Below the pieces are notes generated by a model. That model made no database searches. It was not told the origin of the DNA and saw nothing but the letters and a program-made list of their open reading frames with translations. The position numbers and the translations under genes were made by a program. 64,000 nt of DNA from Utricularia gibba. Taxonomy: Eukaryota; Plantae; Magnoliophyta. The stretch is taken from assembly GCA_002189035.1 (NCBI GenBank), contig CM007989.1:7874001-7938000 (forward strand), read 5' to 3'. Below are positions 12,601-25,652 of this stretch, piece after piece (position 1 is the stretch's first letter; every line of letters begins with the position of its first letter).

Positions 12601-12745
12601 TCGCGTAGACGACGGCGACGGCCACAACCAGTCCAGCAACGACAGTTAGAGCGATCCTAGAACCGCGATTCGCCGTCTCCCCTATCCAGAAACCCCCGGC
12701 GCCAGCGCCGATGCGGCCGATGGACTCAATCACCGAGGAGAGCAT
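9698..12745 (-). CDS. TBC-domain Rab GTPase-activating protein (Gyp/TBC1D15-like) with two candidate first exons (12745-12597 and 12506-12331)
   Basis: Motifs KFLKIVRSG, WQRIIRLDAIR, LEAYARYDPEIGYCQGMSDLLSP and YRMVVVLFRRELTFEQTLCLWEV. Common exon 2 starts at 11708 in phase 2. One missing base at 10423-10424 joins ORFs 10369-10902 and 9698-10489. Confidence 0.92.
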
Positions 12746-13463
12746 GGGACGGAGTTCTGGAATGATGAATTCAAAACCGGAAAGCTGCAGCAACGCCGGC
12801 ACTGGATTATTAACCACCAACCAACACACGACTTTGTCCCCCCGCCCTCCTTCCTCATTCACTTCCTCACGACGCCATTATTGGCGTCTGTATATTTCTA
12901 TTTCACTTTTTTTCACGCCCATCGGGTTTTAGGGCATGATTTGGGATGACGGTTTCCCAGAAACATTCTATACGGCGTCGTCTTATGCCCAGATCCTTTT
13001 TTTCCCATTGGAAAGAAAAATGATATATTTTAATATTTTTTCGTTTTTTTAACTTAATTTATTCTCATTTTTTAGCATTATATTTTTAAAATGATTTAAT
13101 TACAGTCATTAATTACTTAAATACTTGATTAGGTTCCATTTAGGTCACTTAACTCTTCCTTTAAGATCCTCTGCTTTGCTGTGCCCCACTTCACAGTGAA
13201 TTGAAGAGCTCACCGGAACAGTGTAAACTCTTGAGCTCCCCACGGCCACAATACGCCGACGGAAATTGGGGTGCAGCTCGGCTTCCGAGTGCCGCTTGTC
13301 GTCATTTTGGGTTATTGGTAATATTTTTTATGTTAATATACAATTCTTGGCAAGCTTTTCATGCCTTATAGATTGGTTCGCCTGTTAAAAACGGTGGAAA
13401 CTTCAGTTGATTTTGCATGCAATGCTTCGAAGGTGAGGTTTTTTGCTCTTTTTTATTCAGTGG

Positions 13464-15727
13464 ATGGCGGTGGTTTTACGCGAAAGAGATTCCGAGGAAT
13501 GGGCGTACAGGGGAGAAGGAGCCGTGAATTTGGTTCTTGCTTATTGTGGGAAAAATCCAAACTTTGTAGGTCTTTTCTTGTTTGGTAGTTGCTTTGTTAC
13601 AAACTGCAAATGCTCTTTTTTGAGTCTATTCCATCATAGCAATTATGTAAGTAGAGAAAAGATGCTTGCTGGCGTTTCTGAAAACTAGTTCTCAGTAGTG
13701 TTGTTTGCTATGGGAAGAACTTTTGATTTTAAAAAAAGTTTACTTTTGGCTAAATGTATGTTAAATTTTGGTGATAGCTTGCGACTGTAAGTTGCTTGTG
13801 TAGTTTCTGGTTCTCTTTATGCCAACTCGCTGATCCCTTCGTTTTTCTTTCATCTGAGTGGATTTAGGTTGGAAAGGTTTTAAGGATACAGAAAGTTGCC
13901 ACTAATGGATCTGCGTGTGACAGCAACCGCCTACCTCTGATCGATGAAGAATGTCTCATTTGGCGAGATTTTGAAGGCATTGTCACTGCTTCTACTAGGG
14001 AAACTGCTGAGCAACTGTATGTGCAAAAAGTGATGTGCCCCTTGTTGGGTCCAGAGCATGTTGATGCAGGGGTGGGTAATTGAACTTGCCTGTTTTGTTA
14101 TTCTGAAATAATGCCATACATAACTCTCTCAGTTTATGTAGTCCTACTGTTTGATGAGAAGTTTCTTCATCATTTACCTATTATTAATATCACATTTATC
14201 CCGTACAGATCAATATTCTCGTGTCAAAGGAATTTTTGGAAGCTGTTGAAAGGAAAGTCCTTTTCCAGCGTCCCTCTTGGCGAGTTGATGCTGCCAAAGT
14301 CAACTTACTGTCCAATTCAGCTCTTCTAATTTCTGATCATTCAATTTTTCCTCATGGTAGGGGCTAGCTCTTCTAATTTCCGCTAACTCATAATATCCGT
14401 GACTCCAGAATTGATTTTACACATAGGCGGTTCTTATTTCTTTGAATTCATTTTTTTTCTTGTTTTATATGTGGCTGAATCAAGGTGGCCCCTTGTATGA
14501 CAAAAGTCCTGTGTTCAGTTTCAGGTATTTTCACGGAAGACTTTTGTGTATCTGTAGAAATAAAGGTGCTTGCAAGTCCGTGATCCATATATTTATTTTT
14601 CTTTCTACATTCTCTTGCTGATCATTTCCTGTGTATCGTATTATGATGCCCTTCATTACAAATCCTCTCTATGCAGCCCAAAGCTGGCATTCTACCGTAT
14701 TCCGAATACATAACTGAACGAAATGCCATCAAGAAGACCACTACCCGTTTTAAAATGCACCAAGTGTTGAAGATGGCGGAAGGGAAGGTACTTTGTAACT
14801 CTGCCTTATTCTACGTCTTGACTAAAGTGATTCCTGGATACCCTCTTTAGTGAACATTTATTCCAGTAATGTAAAACTGTATTGATACAGATTTCGCAGT
14901 TGAGTAACTATGATCCGCTCGACATGTTCTCTGGATCAAAGGAGAGAATACGAAATGCTGCGGCATCCCTCTTTCTCACCCCTCAGAACAACCTTCGGGT
15001 TTTCTTAAATGGTTCTCTTATTTTTGGAGGAATGGATGGGACCAAGAGTGCAAGCTTTACTGTTGACGAAGCATTTCAAAACGGTCTTCAACATGTCATC
15101 TTAGCCAAACATGGATTTCACACTGATTATCTCCTGGAACTTATTTCTGAAGCTCTTTTCAAGTCTGGCTTACTGAATCGGCTTCTTGAGGTGCAGAAGC
15201 TTGATGCTTTTGATGTTGAAGGTGCCATTCACGCCTACTATGATATAGTTTCTGAGCCATGTGCTGTCTGCCTGGAAAAAGCTCAGATCACATCATCAGG
15301 AAGATACTCTACCCTCCACTCAATGCCACTCGAAAAGAAGGTAAAAATCGTGAGGGATTACTTGATATCTGCTACTGCAAAGGATCTCAGCATGATGATC
15401 AGTTTTCGGCCAAGAGCCACGCTGAATACAGAATCCCCGTCATATGATGCCGTTTCTCTGGAACCCACCAATCAAACTTTTGATTACAAGGTGAGCATCC
15501 GCCTTTCTCAGTATGAAGATATGCATTTATACACTGTCTCATGTAGTCAGACTTTGTAGATATCATTCATTGATCTGGATATGAAGCCTCTAAGGAAAAT
15601 GGAATACTACTATGAGCTTGACCAGAAGATAGTGAAATGCTATACCCAGATGGCTAACAGCAAGCAGCATGACAGGGGGGATGCTGTCCAGGACTCACCG
15701 CATTCTTCCACACCAACCTGTATGTAA
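13464..15727 (+). CDS. IPK1: Inositol-pentakisphosphate 2-kinase, 7 exons
   Basis: Motifs WAYRGEGAVNLVLAY, SVEIK|PKAG, YDPLDMFSGS, PQNNLRVFLNG, DYLISATAKDLSMMISF and FIDLDMKPLRKMEYYYELDQKI; all splice phases are consistent. Confidence 0.95.
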
Positions 15728-16850
15728 AACCTTGAGACTCTGTATTGGGAATATTCATAAGTGACATCTTTTCTCTGTTTTCGCTGTTTCTGCAGAAATG
15801 AAAGCTAAACACCATATTTCAGTCACGCAGCTGTGCAGTTAAGATGCAAGAATCCAGGATCAGCAGGTGAAGTTTGAAGAACACTTCTGAAATGTAGATA
15901 TGTCTCCTACACTTGAAAACTCCATCTGGCAACTGAGCTCAGTCTGCACCCTTGTGTTCTTTCTCGTCATCTGTAGCTTGTGAGATAGAGAAGTGGCCTG
16001 CAACTGACATGGGGGAAGGGGTCAGGTTGATGAAGTTCCGTACATGTGCTGTTGCAAGTTTCTGTACGGACTACAGCCCATTGGAATTAAATAATCAAGC
16101 AGAAGCAACGGCTTCATAAACCAAGACGATCTCTCGACATCGCTGAAACTGTGTATCGCAATGGCGGTTGGGGATTCATCGGATATCTCAGTGACGAACG
16201 CAGCATCATTCAGAGACGACGACTGTTAATCAAGAGATTCGAAACGGAGAAGGCCCATTTCGTGGGAGGTCATGGTTGCGGGTGGGCGGCTCGCGAGGCG
16301 CTAAAGATGGGACCTTTACCGGGATCACCGCATGAATCCTCCATCGCGACCACCGTCTCTCCCCCCTCCGGCGTTCTTCAGAGGACACTACTTTCCAATT
16401 CCGATGGTAGCGACTGTAATAGCCCCACCGTCGCCGCCGCAGTTTTACCAGCTGAACTGAATTCCAGCTTCTTTTGACTCGCTAACAACCTGGATTCCAG
16501 GCCACGCTACCTCACCCAGCCGCTTCAAGATTCGTTCTTTTTGTTGTTTTTTCAAGAGAATGCTGTCGGAATTTACCATCAGACAAGATCATGAAACTTA
16601 TTTCCGGCCAAAGGTGCACAACGCCACCTTAAACCAACGCAACCACGCAGAAACGAAGCCATCTCAGGGGAAGCCATTAACGAGCTTCACCTTCAAAACC
16701 AAAAACCCATCACCAACATTCGACCACTGGCCGATAAACGCAACGTTCACGTAAAAGACGACCGGGGTGGGGGGTAATGAAGACCAGTTAACTCATGTAT
16801 AGAGAGATATGTAGAAGAAGACAGTCGTCGGAGATCAACTGCTGATGGTT

Positions 16851-18872
16851 TCAGTGCATGGAGGAGGGGCGTGGGGTACGTGGCCGGACCGGCGTCTTTG
16901 ATGGGCTGACCCTGAAGAAATGCAACAACACCTGATCATACACCATTAAAACAGACACACAGGAAGAGAGAAAACATTCACCTTATAGGCAGTGATCCTA
17001 AGATGGCACCACTACAGTTCAACGCCATTGTTGCACTCTCAGCCTGGATAAGAAGAATCACAGACAACATCCTGAGTTGAAAAAAGGGCAAGATTTTCGT
17101 AGTTAAATGATGATAATCTCCAAGCAATACCACAGCAAACTCCACAAACGCTATACGAGTTGAGTGATGATAATCTCCAAGCAATCTCAAACGGTGCACC
17201 TGATAGCACACATTTTCATGGCCTTCGGGTGAGATTTCAATACATGGCTTATTCAGAAACAGCATACCTCTCCGCAGAATGATTCGAAGAAGAGTTTGAT
17301 ATCTGCTTGAGTGACCTAACCAGTGAATGACACATCAAGTTTCAAAATTTCTTCTTACAGTAGATCAGCACAGCTGGTAGGAAATTCTGAGGCTACCTTT
17401 TTGTCAATGTTTGTACAGTACACAGTTCTTGCGCACATCTCCCTTTCATCCTCAGACTTGAGACAGAAAATCCACACAGCATCGTTTTGATGCTCAGAAG
17501 AGGAAACAAACTAGAGGAATGGACAAAAATGGAGGGAGGGTGCTCACCCTGGGCAAGAATGTGGGGTTAACAGGTGCAATTGCAGTTTTGGATGGCAGCA
17601 CTCTGACTGGGTAATAGCCAAGCATAGTTCCAGCCAAACTCAGAGCATTCCTTGCTCCCTCTGCATTATCAAGGAGGATGCAGCATGAAGTCAAACAGAA
17701 AATCCTTTACCAGCAAAAGGAAACCGCATGATCATGTTCAGACATACCTTCATCAGTGAACTCAATGAAAGCAAAACGAAGAACAGAATTTGGGTCACCA
17801 CAAACCCGGCAATCCACAACCTTCCAACAATGATATCACAAGAGTATGCATAGTGTAACTTATTCATTATGAGGTGATACATAGACATGACATGTTAAAG
17901 GAATGACTACCTGCCCACAGCCATTAAAAAGTGCAGCGAGCTGCTCTTCAGTAACCTGCAATGAAGCGAAAAATGGTAACCTGATAACTAAAAACAGTGA
18001 AAGGGAAAGTTATAGTTACCTGATGATCAATGTCAGACACAAAGACAGTCCTCCTAATCACATCTTCTCTTTGAGCCATCCTGGTTCGGCTATTCATTCG
18101 TCGTTTTCCATTGATAGAGTCATTTTTCTTCTGCATATTCTCAAATCATCAAAATAAGTATACCATCCTGATAACACACGCACGAGATCATAGATAAAAC
18201 AAGCAAGTGAATAACAGGACCCAAAAATCAAAAACCTTACCTATGATAAAGAAAAAAAGGGGGCTCTTGCAGTTAATCTAGTACATTCTTGTTCGAATCA
18301 ATCACAGATGATTACATTAAGAAAAAAAAAAAAAGAATCCTAAATACTTCTATTTTTCAGACAGAGTACAAAGTACAAACCTTTCCCAACGAATTCCCGA
18401 CAGAGTTGATTGGTTGCTGCACAACAAAACCATTAACATTGTACCCATATTGGCCGGCAACCAATCCAGCAACAGTGGCAGCTGCATGTGGGGAAGCCAC
18501 AAATAGCCCTTGCTGCCCATTACCACCGCCAAAGGCCACTAGTGATGATGGAACATATTCTTCGGCCATGGGATTCAACTTAGACAGCATTTCCTCTAAA
18601 TCTCTCATTTGTCTACTGAACGCCACAGCCTCGTCATCATTTCCATTCGTTCTCTTCTCCCTTTGTGAGATTTCATCCCCTTGTAACTGCAACTGACGGT
18701 GACCATTGGACATCTTCTGCTCCATCAATTCAAAATCCTGATCGGTGGGCTTCGCTGCCTTTTGGGTGGCTTCCACCGACTGGTGATGGTGATCTCTCAC
18801 GACATCGTTCTGTTTAGACGAATCCCGATGCCGCGGCAGCGCGTTCGCCACAACCTTTTCCACCAACACCAT
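16851..18872 (-). CDS. CID: PAM2-motif, two-RRM poly(A)-binding-protein interactor (CID8-13 family)
   Basis: PAM2 motif LSKLNPMAEEYVP; RRM segments RRTVFVSDIDHQ, KTAIAPVNPTFLPR and RLLGDYHHSTRIAFVEF; C-terminus VSPSKTPVRPRTPRPSSMH*. Confidence 0.93.
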
Positions 18873-20187
18873 GATTAACAAAACACAATCTAGACAATAA
18901 AACCCTGCCCTCCCTTTCGCTTTTTTCCCTTCACTCTCAGTCAAATTCTCTTCATGGGTATCGGAAAAAGTGATCGAAAACAACAAGACGTAGAAGCCGG
19001 ATTCCTCAGCACTTTCGGGTCAGTTCATGATGACTAAAAAACAGAATAAAAAATTGCAAAACAGGATTTTTTGTTCTAAACACCGTCCGTTTCACGGAAC
19101 GCACCCGTCCCAAAAGGCAAACACAAACAGAGAAACACTAAACAAGTAAACAAGAAAGGGCTCCAAACAGAGAAACTTTCACACTATATTCAATCCTCTT
19201 CCTGCTTTGTTTAAAGCAGTTTGCAAGATCACCTCCTCTGTATCTCGAATTCAGTCTCCATTGAAAGAGAGCGAGTTTTTAGACCAAAAAAATGTCAACT
19301 TTTTTCCAGTGAAAACTAAATGGTTCCTCCATTAAATAAGACAAGCTTATTGCATTTTCTTACAGGGAAGGAATCTGATGTGGTGCACCACAGTAGAGAT
19401 GCGATGCGCCGAATTCTCATCATGAAGGTGCCGTATACTGCCACGTGTACGCGTACGGTCTATCTTATTTTCTCCTCGATATTCAAAAAATAAATTAATA
19501 AAATTTTCCTATCCCGGGAATTTATGTAATCCAAATTTGCACAGACTAATCTTATATTTATTAATAAAATAATATTTCCATTTTGGGGAAGGATAAACTA
19601 ATTGGATTTGAAAACATTTTAAATTTTCTCATGATTTTGAATTTAATCCTTTTATAATGTACTTAATTTAATTCAACACATTATAACAATATTTTTAACA
19701 TTTAGATTTTTAATTCTAAAAAATTATCGAATTAAATCCAAAAAAATCATTTTTAATATAAATTACGTTGGTCTTCATTAGTAAAATCAGTTTCTAAACT
19801 TCTTATCTATCAACATTTTTATTCTTCAAAATTTGACGTACCTTACATAATTAATCCATAAAATTGTATATTTAAATATTTTTATACCAATCATTCTAAA
19901 CATAATGAAACTACCAATCATATAAAAACTAGATATGATTAATTGTGTACTAATTTTATCGAATTTTTAAATAATTTGAAGTCTAATAATACCAATTATT
20001 TCAAACAACAAAGATTCTTTATATCAACTTGATTAATACTAAAATATTGGAATCAATTTGTAATTTTTTACAAGAATCATCCCAATTTTAACTATACTAG
20101 CTTCCAAACATCCCTCCCCTTCTAAACCAGTGTATTGTCCAGGGGAAGTTGAGGCTGAGAACTCAGACACAATGAGGTTAACTTAAC

Positions 20188-20225
20188 AGAAGAAGAAGAA
20201 GAAGAAGAAGAAGAAGAAGAAGAAG
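20188..20225. repeat. (AGA)n/(TCT)n microsatellite, about 12 units, in the F-box gene 3' UTR
   Basis: Pure trinucleotide run read directly from the sequence. Confidence 0.95.
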
Positions 20226-20236
20226 CCAGCGCTTTA

Positions 20237-21651
20237 TTACAATAAGATCTGTTGAAGTTCCTGATCAGCAGGTAATGGTGCTCTCCTCTCCATTGCATTG
20301 CTTGTGCTGGTTTCCTCACCAGCATCGCAGTTAACAGTTAAGGACGCCCTTTTCGCCTTAAGCCACACACTGGCCTCACTTGATACTCCTCTGCACTTCT
20401 TAAATTTGATGTTCATCAGGTTAGGACAGCCATGGGCGAATGCCTGCATCCCAGAGTCTGTCACACGACAGCACTTGATGCATAGTTTCTTCAAGGCTAT
20501 GCATTTCTCTGCAATGCATGAGATCTCTTTATCACCAATGGTGTCACTCCCACAAAGGGCTAATCTTTCCAGTTTTTGGCAGTTTGAGGAGATTGCCATC
20601 ATGCTGATGTGGGTGGGATTCACCCCAACAAGCACTAACTCAGTTAGATTCAGGCTGTTATTTGCAATTGCAATCAGTCCTTCGTCGTCTATTCTGTTGG
20701 TTCTCCATCCATCAAGGTGAAGCTTCCTCAAAAGCTTGCAGTTCTCAGCAATGGCTGAAAGCCCTTTGTTGGAGCAATCGGGAGACTTGACCAAATGGAG
20801 AGTGTCCAGATAGGGGCATCTGGAAATGGCTGTTAGCCCGGAATCACTCACATGAAGCTTCTCCAAATGGATCTCTGTTAAACATGGCTTGCTTCTAGTG
20901 ATCTCTTGCAGTAATCCATCCCAGTCACCTGAGCACTTGAGAATCTTCATGGTTCTCAAATTCTTAGACTCGATTAGTAAAGGCGAGAAGAATTGCCCAT
21001 TGTAAAGCTCCTTCAGGGTGATGGATTTCAGTGACGCAGCGGCTTTTCCTGGTGCAACCAGTTCAGCTTTGGAGCCATCATTGAAACCTTTCAAGCGCTT
21101 AACGTAGAGATCCTCGAGGGCGCAGTTTTTGAGAAGCGCATTGATGCCTTTGGCCCCGAAATTGCATGATCCGCAAGCAAATTTGAGCAGTGATTTGCAA
21201 TTCTGAGAAAGAATCGACATACCATGGTCAGTGATTTCATGGCATCCGCGGATTTTGAGGGAGGTGAGGTTGGGGCAGCGCTCTGAGATGAAAATCAAGC
21301 CATCATCGTCTATGCTGATGGATCTACGGTTGCAGCGGAGGACGAGTTTGGTGACGGAATCGAAACGTGTGAAGATCGCCGGAAGAAGGGGGTGACGTCG
21401 GTGGAAGCGTGGAGCGCGAGTCGGCCTCGTCTTTCGCCTTCGACGGAGCGCCAGCGGCGACAGATCAAGGAACAATTGTTCCGGTCGCTGGGGCTGAGGA
21501 ACTGGAAGATTAAACCTAGACAATCATCGGGAATCCCAGATATGTAGTCCTTATTCAAAATCGAGATCGAGAAATCATTAGAGCGCGGCTGCTCGGACCC
21601 ATAGCCTACGTGGGACAAACCACCATATGGAGAAGAGGTGGTTTGGCCCAT
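20237..21651 (-). CDS. F-box/LRR protein of the VFB/SKIP2 type, intronless
   Basis: MGQTTSS N-terminus (myristoylation-like), F-box DYISGIPDDCLGLIFQFL...CSLICRRW, then FTRFDSVTKLVLRC and Cys-containing LRRs. The 1415-nt span becomes a multiple of three if one base is added to the G-run at 21388-21392. Confidence 0.9.
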
Positions 21652-21900
21652 GACGGAGGCGACTGGAGAACAAGCGCCGCCGCGAATGAATCCGAGCGCG
21701 TCTGATTGAAACAATGCAGCACAACCTGAAAGAAAATAGGAAATTTACCGGTGACCCGTGATATACTCTAACGGATAGGCCTGGGGCTGTGCCGGGCCTT
21801 CCGGACCTGGCCTGTGCTTTCCCAGGCCCAATCTCGGAGGTTGAGACTTTAGCGCTCACCGGATAAGATAAAGTTCACTTGCGAATTGGGGGAGACTGCC

Positions 21901-23713
21901 ATGGCAACGGCTCTCTCTTCTTCCATGTTGGCGCTCTTCCCCCGTTGCCAATACCCTCCTCTCCAATCCACTCAATTCCGACCTACCCATAAGCGATTCT
22001 TTCGAATACCCATATCTTTATCGATCACATCGCCGGCATGTTCTTGCATTGGCACCATGGTGGAAGACGGAAGCCAGAGCGATGAAGCTATGAGCATCGA
22101 CAATCTTAAAAGATTCATCGACCTGAATTTGGGTCACTGGACAGGATCTTTCCATGTAATGCAGAGTCTTTGAGTTATTCCTTGTCTTTTTATTTAACCG
22201 ATGATCTCTGTTGTGCCTGCAGCAATTCGATTGTACCGGTAATTTGCTGCACAAAATAAGTACAAAGCTTGCTTCCAGCTCCTACGGTGAAGATGAGCTG
22301 ATCAGTTTGATTCAGTCGTAAGCGTTATTGTTACCTTAGCTTTGCAGAAGAATTTGGTTCTTGTACTCAATCTCTAACTCGGAGCATCTCTCCTTCTGAA
22401 GTGTAGTTTATACATTAAACAGCCACTGTTAAGTTCACTGGATTCCAACTCTGAGCCGGAATGGTTTGAGTATAAAATCAAAGAGAGCAACATGTTCACG
22501 GTGGACAAGTATCAGCAGGTTAGATCTTTTTGAGTGGATTCACAAGTGCTGTATTCATCATCATTGTTCGGCTCATCATGGGTGGTACTTAGTTTTCAGA
22601 TTGGCTTTTTCCCTAAAGAAAAGGCGTTTTCTTTGCGATATCAGACGGCTGGAATGTTGGAAACGGTTATCAGACAAGGTGTCTTGGGTGAAGATGACAC
22701 TGGAGAAGTGTCTCCCAGGTCTGCCCTTCTTTCCACAAGAGCAGTTTTATGGGAATAGCTAGAAAACGCATTTTTATACTCTCATGAACAAACGGATAAT
22801 TGTCTGTAACTTCTATTGAATAAATGTTGGTTGATGCATCATCATATGTTCACAAAGGTGCCAGTTTCTCAAATCTTTTCCTTGTCTTTGATGTGTCCAA
22901 GCTAGCTGTTTACCGAAGGTTTTTCTCTTTGTTATCTCTCAAAGAAATCTGAAGCTCCCGTCTCGAAGGCCTGCGGTTGTATGTGAAACATGCCTCTATT
23001 CTCTGGAGCAAGATTCAAGACTGAGAGCTTTCCATATCCTGGACCCGCAAGGGATTCTAGAAATGCTTCTGGTGTTCCTGGAAGAAAGAGGAAGCAGGGT
23101 GGCCGAGCATCCTGCTTTTGGCACTTCCAAGGCATTTTCCCTTATCAATACCACCACCTCTCTAGTCTCCACCTTCAGTTCAGTCTTCAAATACCAACAG
23201 ATGATTCAATGTTCAGGATTCATGTAGACTGGCACCACATTTAGGGACATGGGTGGGACACTCCTTAACCAAACGGAGTGGCGTCTATGGCGCCACCATT
23301 GTCGAAGCAGACACAGTTACCACTCTTGAGATCAATGAGGACGGTCAGCTGGTTCAGGTATCCCCACTCAGCCTCGCTCAGCTTTGGCTCCATGTTTTCT
23401 GATAGCCTCGTGTGTCCAGGATATGAAGTCATCTACATCAGGAGACAAGGATGTGACGACGTCCGTGCAGTGGACAGGCTCGACCTCCGGCAACTTGGCG
23501 ACGTTCGACGGTGGCTTCCGGCTGACGCTGCTGCCAGGGGGTGTATACATGGGATGCCCAACAGACGTGGCGAAGAGTGTGCAGGAGTTCAAGTCGTTCC
23601 ATTTGGAGCTGTGCTGGGCGGAGTCCACAAACCGAAGACAGAGGCTGCTGCGCACATACGACGTGGAAGGTCTCCATGTCTCTTCCACTTACTTCCTGGA
23701 AACCAGACTGTAA
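21901..23713 (+). CDS. Plastid-targeted DUF3598-like (lipocalin/nitrobindin-like) protein, about 7 exons
   Basis: Ser/Pro-rich transit-like N-terminus. Spliced motifs SIDNLKRFIDLNLGHWTGSF, SSYGEDELISLIQ, IGFFPKEKAFSLRYQTAGMLE, KRSGVYGATI and LLPGGVYMGCP...RQRLLRTYDVEGL. The domain name is from recall, not a search. Confidence 0.7.
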
Positions 23714-23990
23714 CAGAAATTCATGATTCATGTGAGGAACTGCAACACTTCCATGGAGAAGAAGAAGAAGCAAATTACCCGTAAGTGTCAACCCGACCCG
23801 TTTCTTGGCCCAAGACGCACGGCCCAGACGTTTTTGTGTGGTTCTTCCCACAACGGCAGCCACGTCCGGGAAACCTAGTTCGTTCATGATATTGAGGCGA
23901 CGGCAGTCTGCTTCGTTGTTCACCGATAACTGCATCCGCCGCCGTCTTAAGCACGATTTCGTTACCTTGCTTCTTCCTCCGGATCAGTTC

Positions 23991-25403
23991 ATGGTTTCTC
24001 ACACCCAGGCCCTGTCTTCGCAGCCTTTACCTGACAACGGCGACGATGACTCCCTTTGCGGTGCTGAAATCACCACCTATTCAGTCGATCGTGAAGCAGT
24101 GGTTCTGAGCCGTCCATGTGGATACTTGGCCGGCGAGGCCCGAATTGAGAAGGCTTGGTCTCATTGGAACCAGTTGGGCTCCCCCAAGTTCATCGTCGCT
24201 CCCATGGTGGATAACTCAGAGCTCCCATTCCGGTTGCTCTGCCGCAAATATGGCGCCCAAGCGGCTTACACACCCATGTTGCACTCAAGAATCTTCTCGG
24301 AGAATGAGAAGTATCGATCCCTAGAATTCACCACTTGCCAGGTTTATATGCAATCAATCTGGGAAAGGGCATTGCTGTATCTCGGTGTTTGATCAACTTC
24401 TTTTGGGCTAGAAAGTTCAGTTTTTTTCTGTTGTTGTCTAACAGGAAGATAAGCCCTTGTTCGTTCAGTTTTGTGCAAATGATCCTGATGTGTTGCTTCA
24501 GGCTGCTAGGAGAGTGGAGCCCTTCTGCGATTACGTCGACATTAATCTTGGGTAAGCGTCAAAGTTTACTCCTTTTCTTTTTGATCAGATCATCCCAATT
24601 TAGTAACAGCTCCACTTTTTCCGTCAAGTCTCTAGTGGAACTGCCTGCACTCCCTTAATTCATCTGTTCCTGGTTGCAGGTGCCCACAGCGCATTGCAAG
24701 GCGGGGGAATTATGGAGCTTTCCTGATGGATAATCTTCCCCTTGTCAAGTCTCTGGTGGAGAAATTGGCTGTAAACCTTAGTGTTCCTGTTTCATGCAAA
24801 ATTCGGGTCTTCCCAGACCTCAATGACACAATCAAGTATGCCAAAATGTTGGAAGAAGCTGGATGTTCTCTTCTCGCTGTCCATGGAAGAACAAGAGACG
24901 AAAAGGACGGTAAGAAGTTTCGGGCCAATTGGAAGGCGATCAAAGCTGTCAGAGAGGCTGTCAGAATTCCAGTGCTATCAAATGGTAACATAAGACACCT
25001 AGAGGATGCCCAACAATGTCTGGAAGAAACCGGTGTAGAAGGGATTCTTTCAGCAGAGTCTCTTCTAGAGAACCCAGCACTCTTTGCTGGATACCGAACT
25101 TCAGAGTGGGTTGATTTGGCTCAGGGGAACAGTTTTCAAGATGCAAAACTTGATCAGGCTGATTTGCTGGTCGAATACTTGAAGCTCTGCGAGAAGCATC
25201 CAGTTCCATGGCGAATGATCCGTTCCCATGTTCACAAGATAATTGGAGAAATGTTCAGAATCCGCCCAGATGTAAGGGAGGATCTGAATGCACAGTCAAA
25301 GCTGACGTTTGAGTTTCTGTATGGAATCATTGATAAGCTTAGAGAAGCTGGCGTCAGAATTCCACTCTATGCCAAGAGCGAAGCAGCTGCTGCTGTTGCT
25401 TAG
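23991..25403 (+). CDS. DUS1: tRNA-dihydrouridine synthase (DUS1-like); exons 23991-24341, 24445-24551, 24680-25403
   Basis: Motifs [37 protein letters not shown]|[23 protein letters not shown] and PVLSNGNI. An upstream in-frame ATG is also possible. Confidence 0.95.
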
Positions 25404-25652
25404 CGGGAACCCCTTCATCTTGAATCACCTACATGTCTGCACAAAGATAACAGAGGCAATCAGAAGTCCCCATTTATTTCATGTCCTCACTGATTGTGTA
25501 CCAAACGCATTCTATCCCCGCACATACTAAAGAACATCTATCATGTACCAAGCTCCTCTATGACTGATTACACTCAGAGAGGACTAAAAAAAGAAATAGA
25601 TTCCAGTAAACTAAAGGACATCTATCATGAGTCTATATTCATGAGTCTATAT

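Noticed and set aside
15990-16760. GC-balanced stretch with ORFs 16151-16477 and 16560-16754 between the IPK1 and CID 3' ends
   Set aside because: Non-ATG or featureless ORFs with no motif; most simply explained as convergent 3' UTR sequence. snoRNA box pairs were not convincing.
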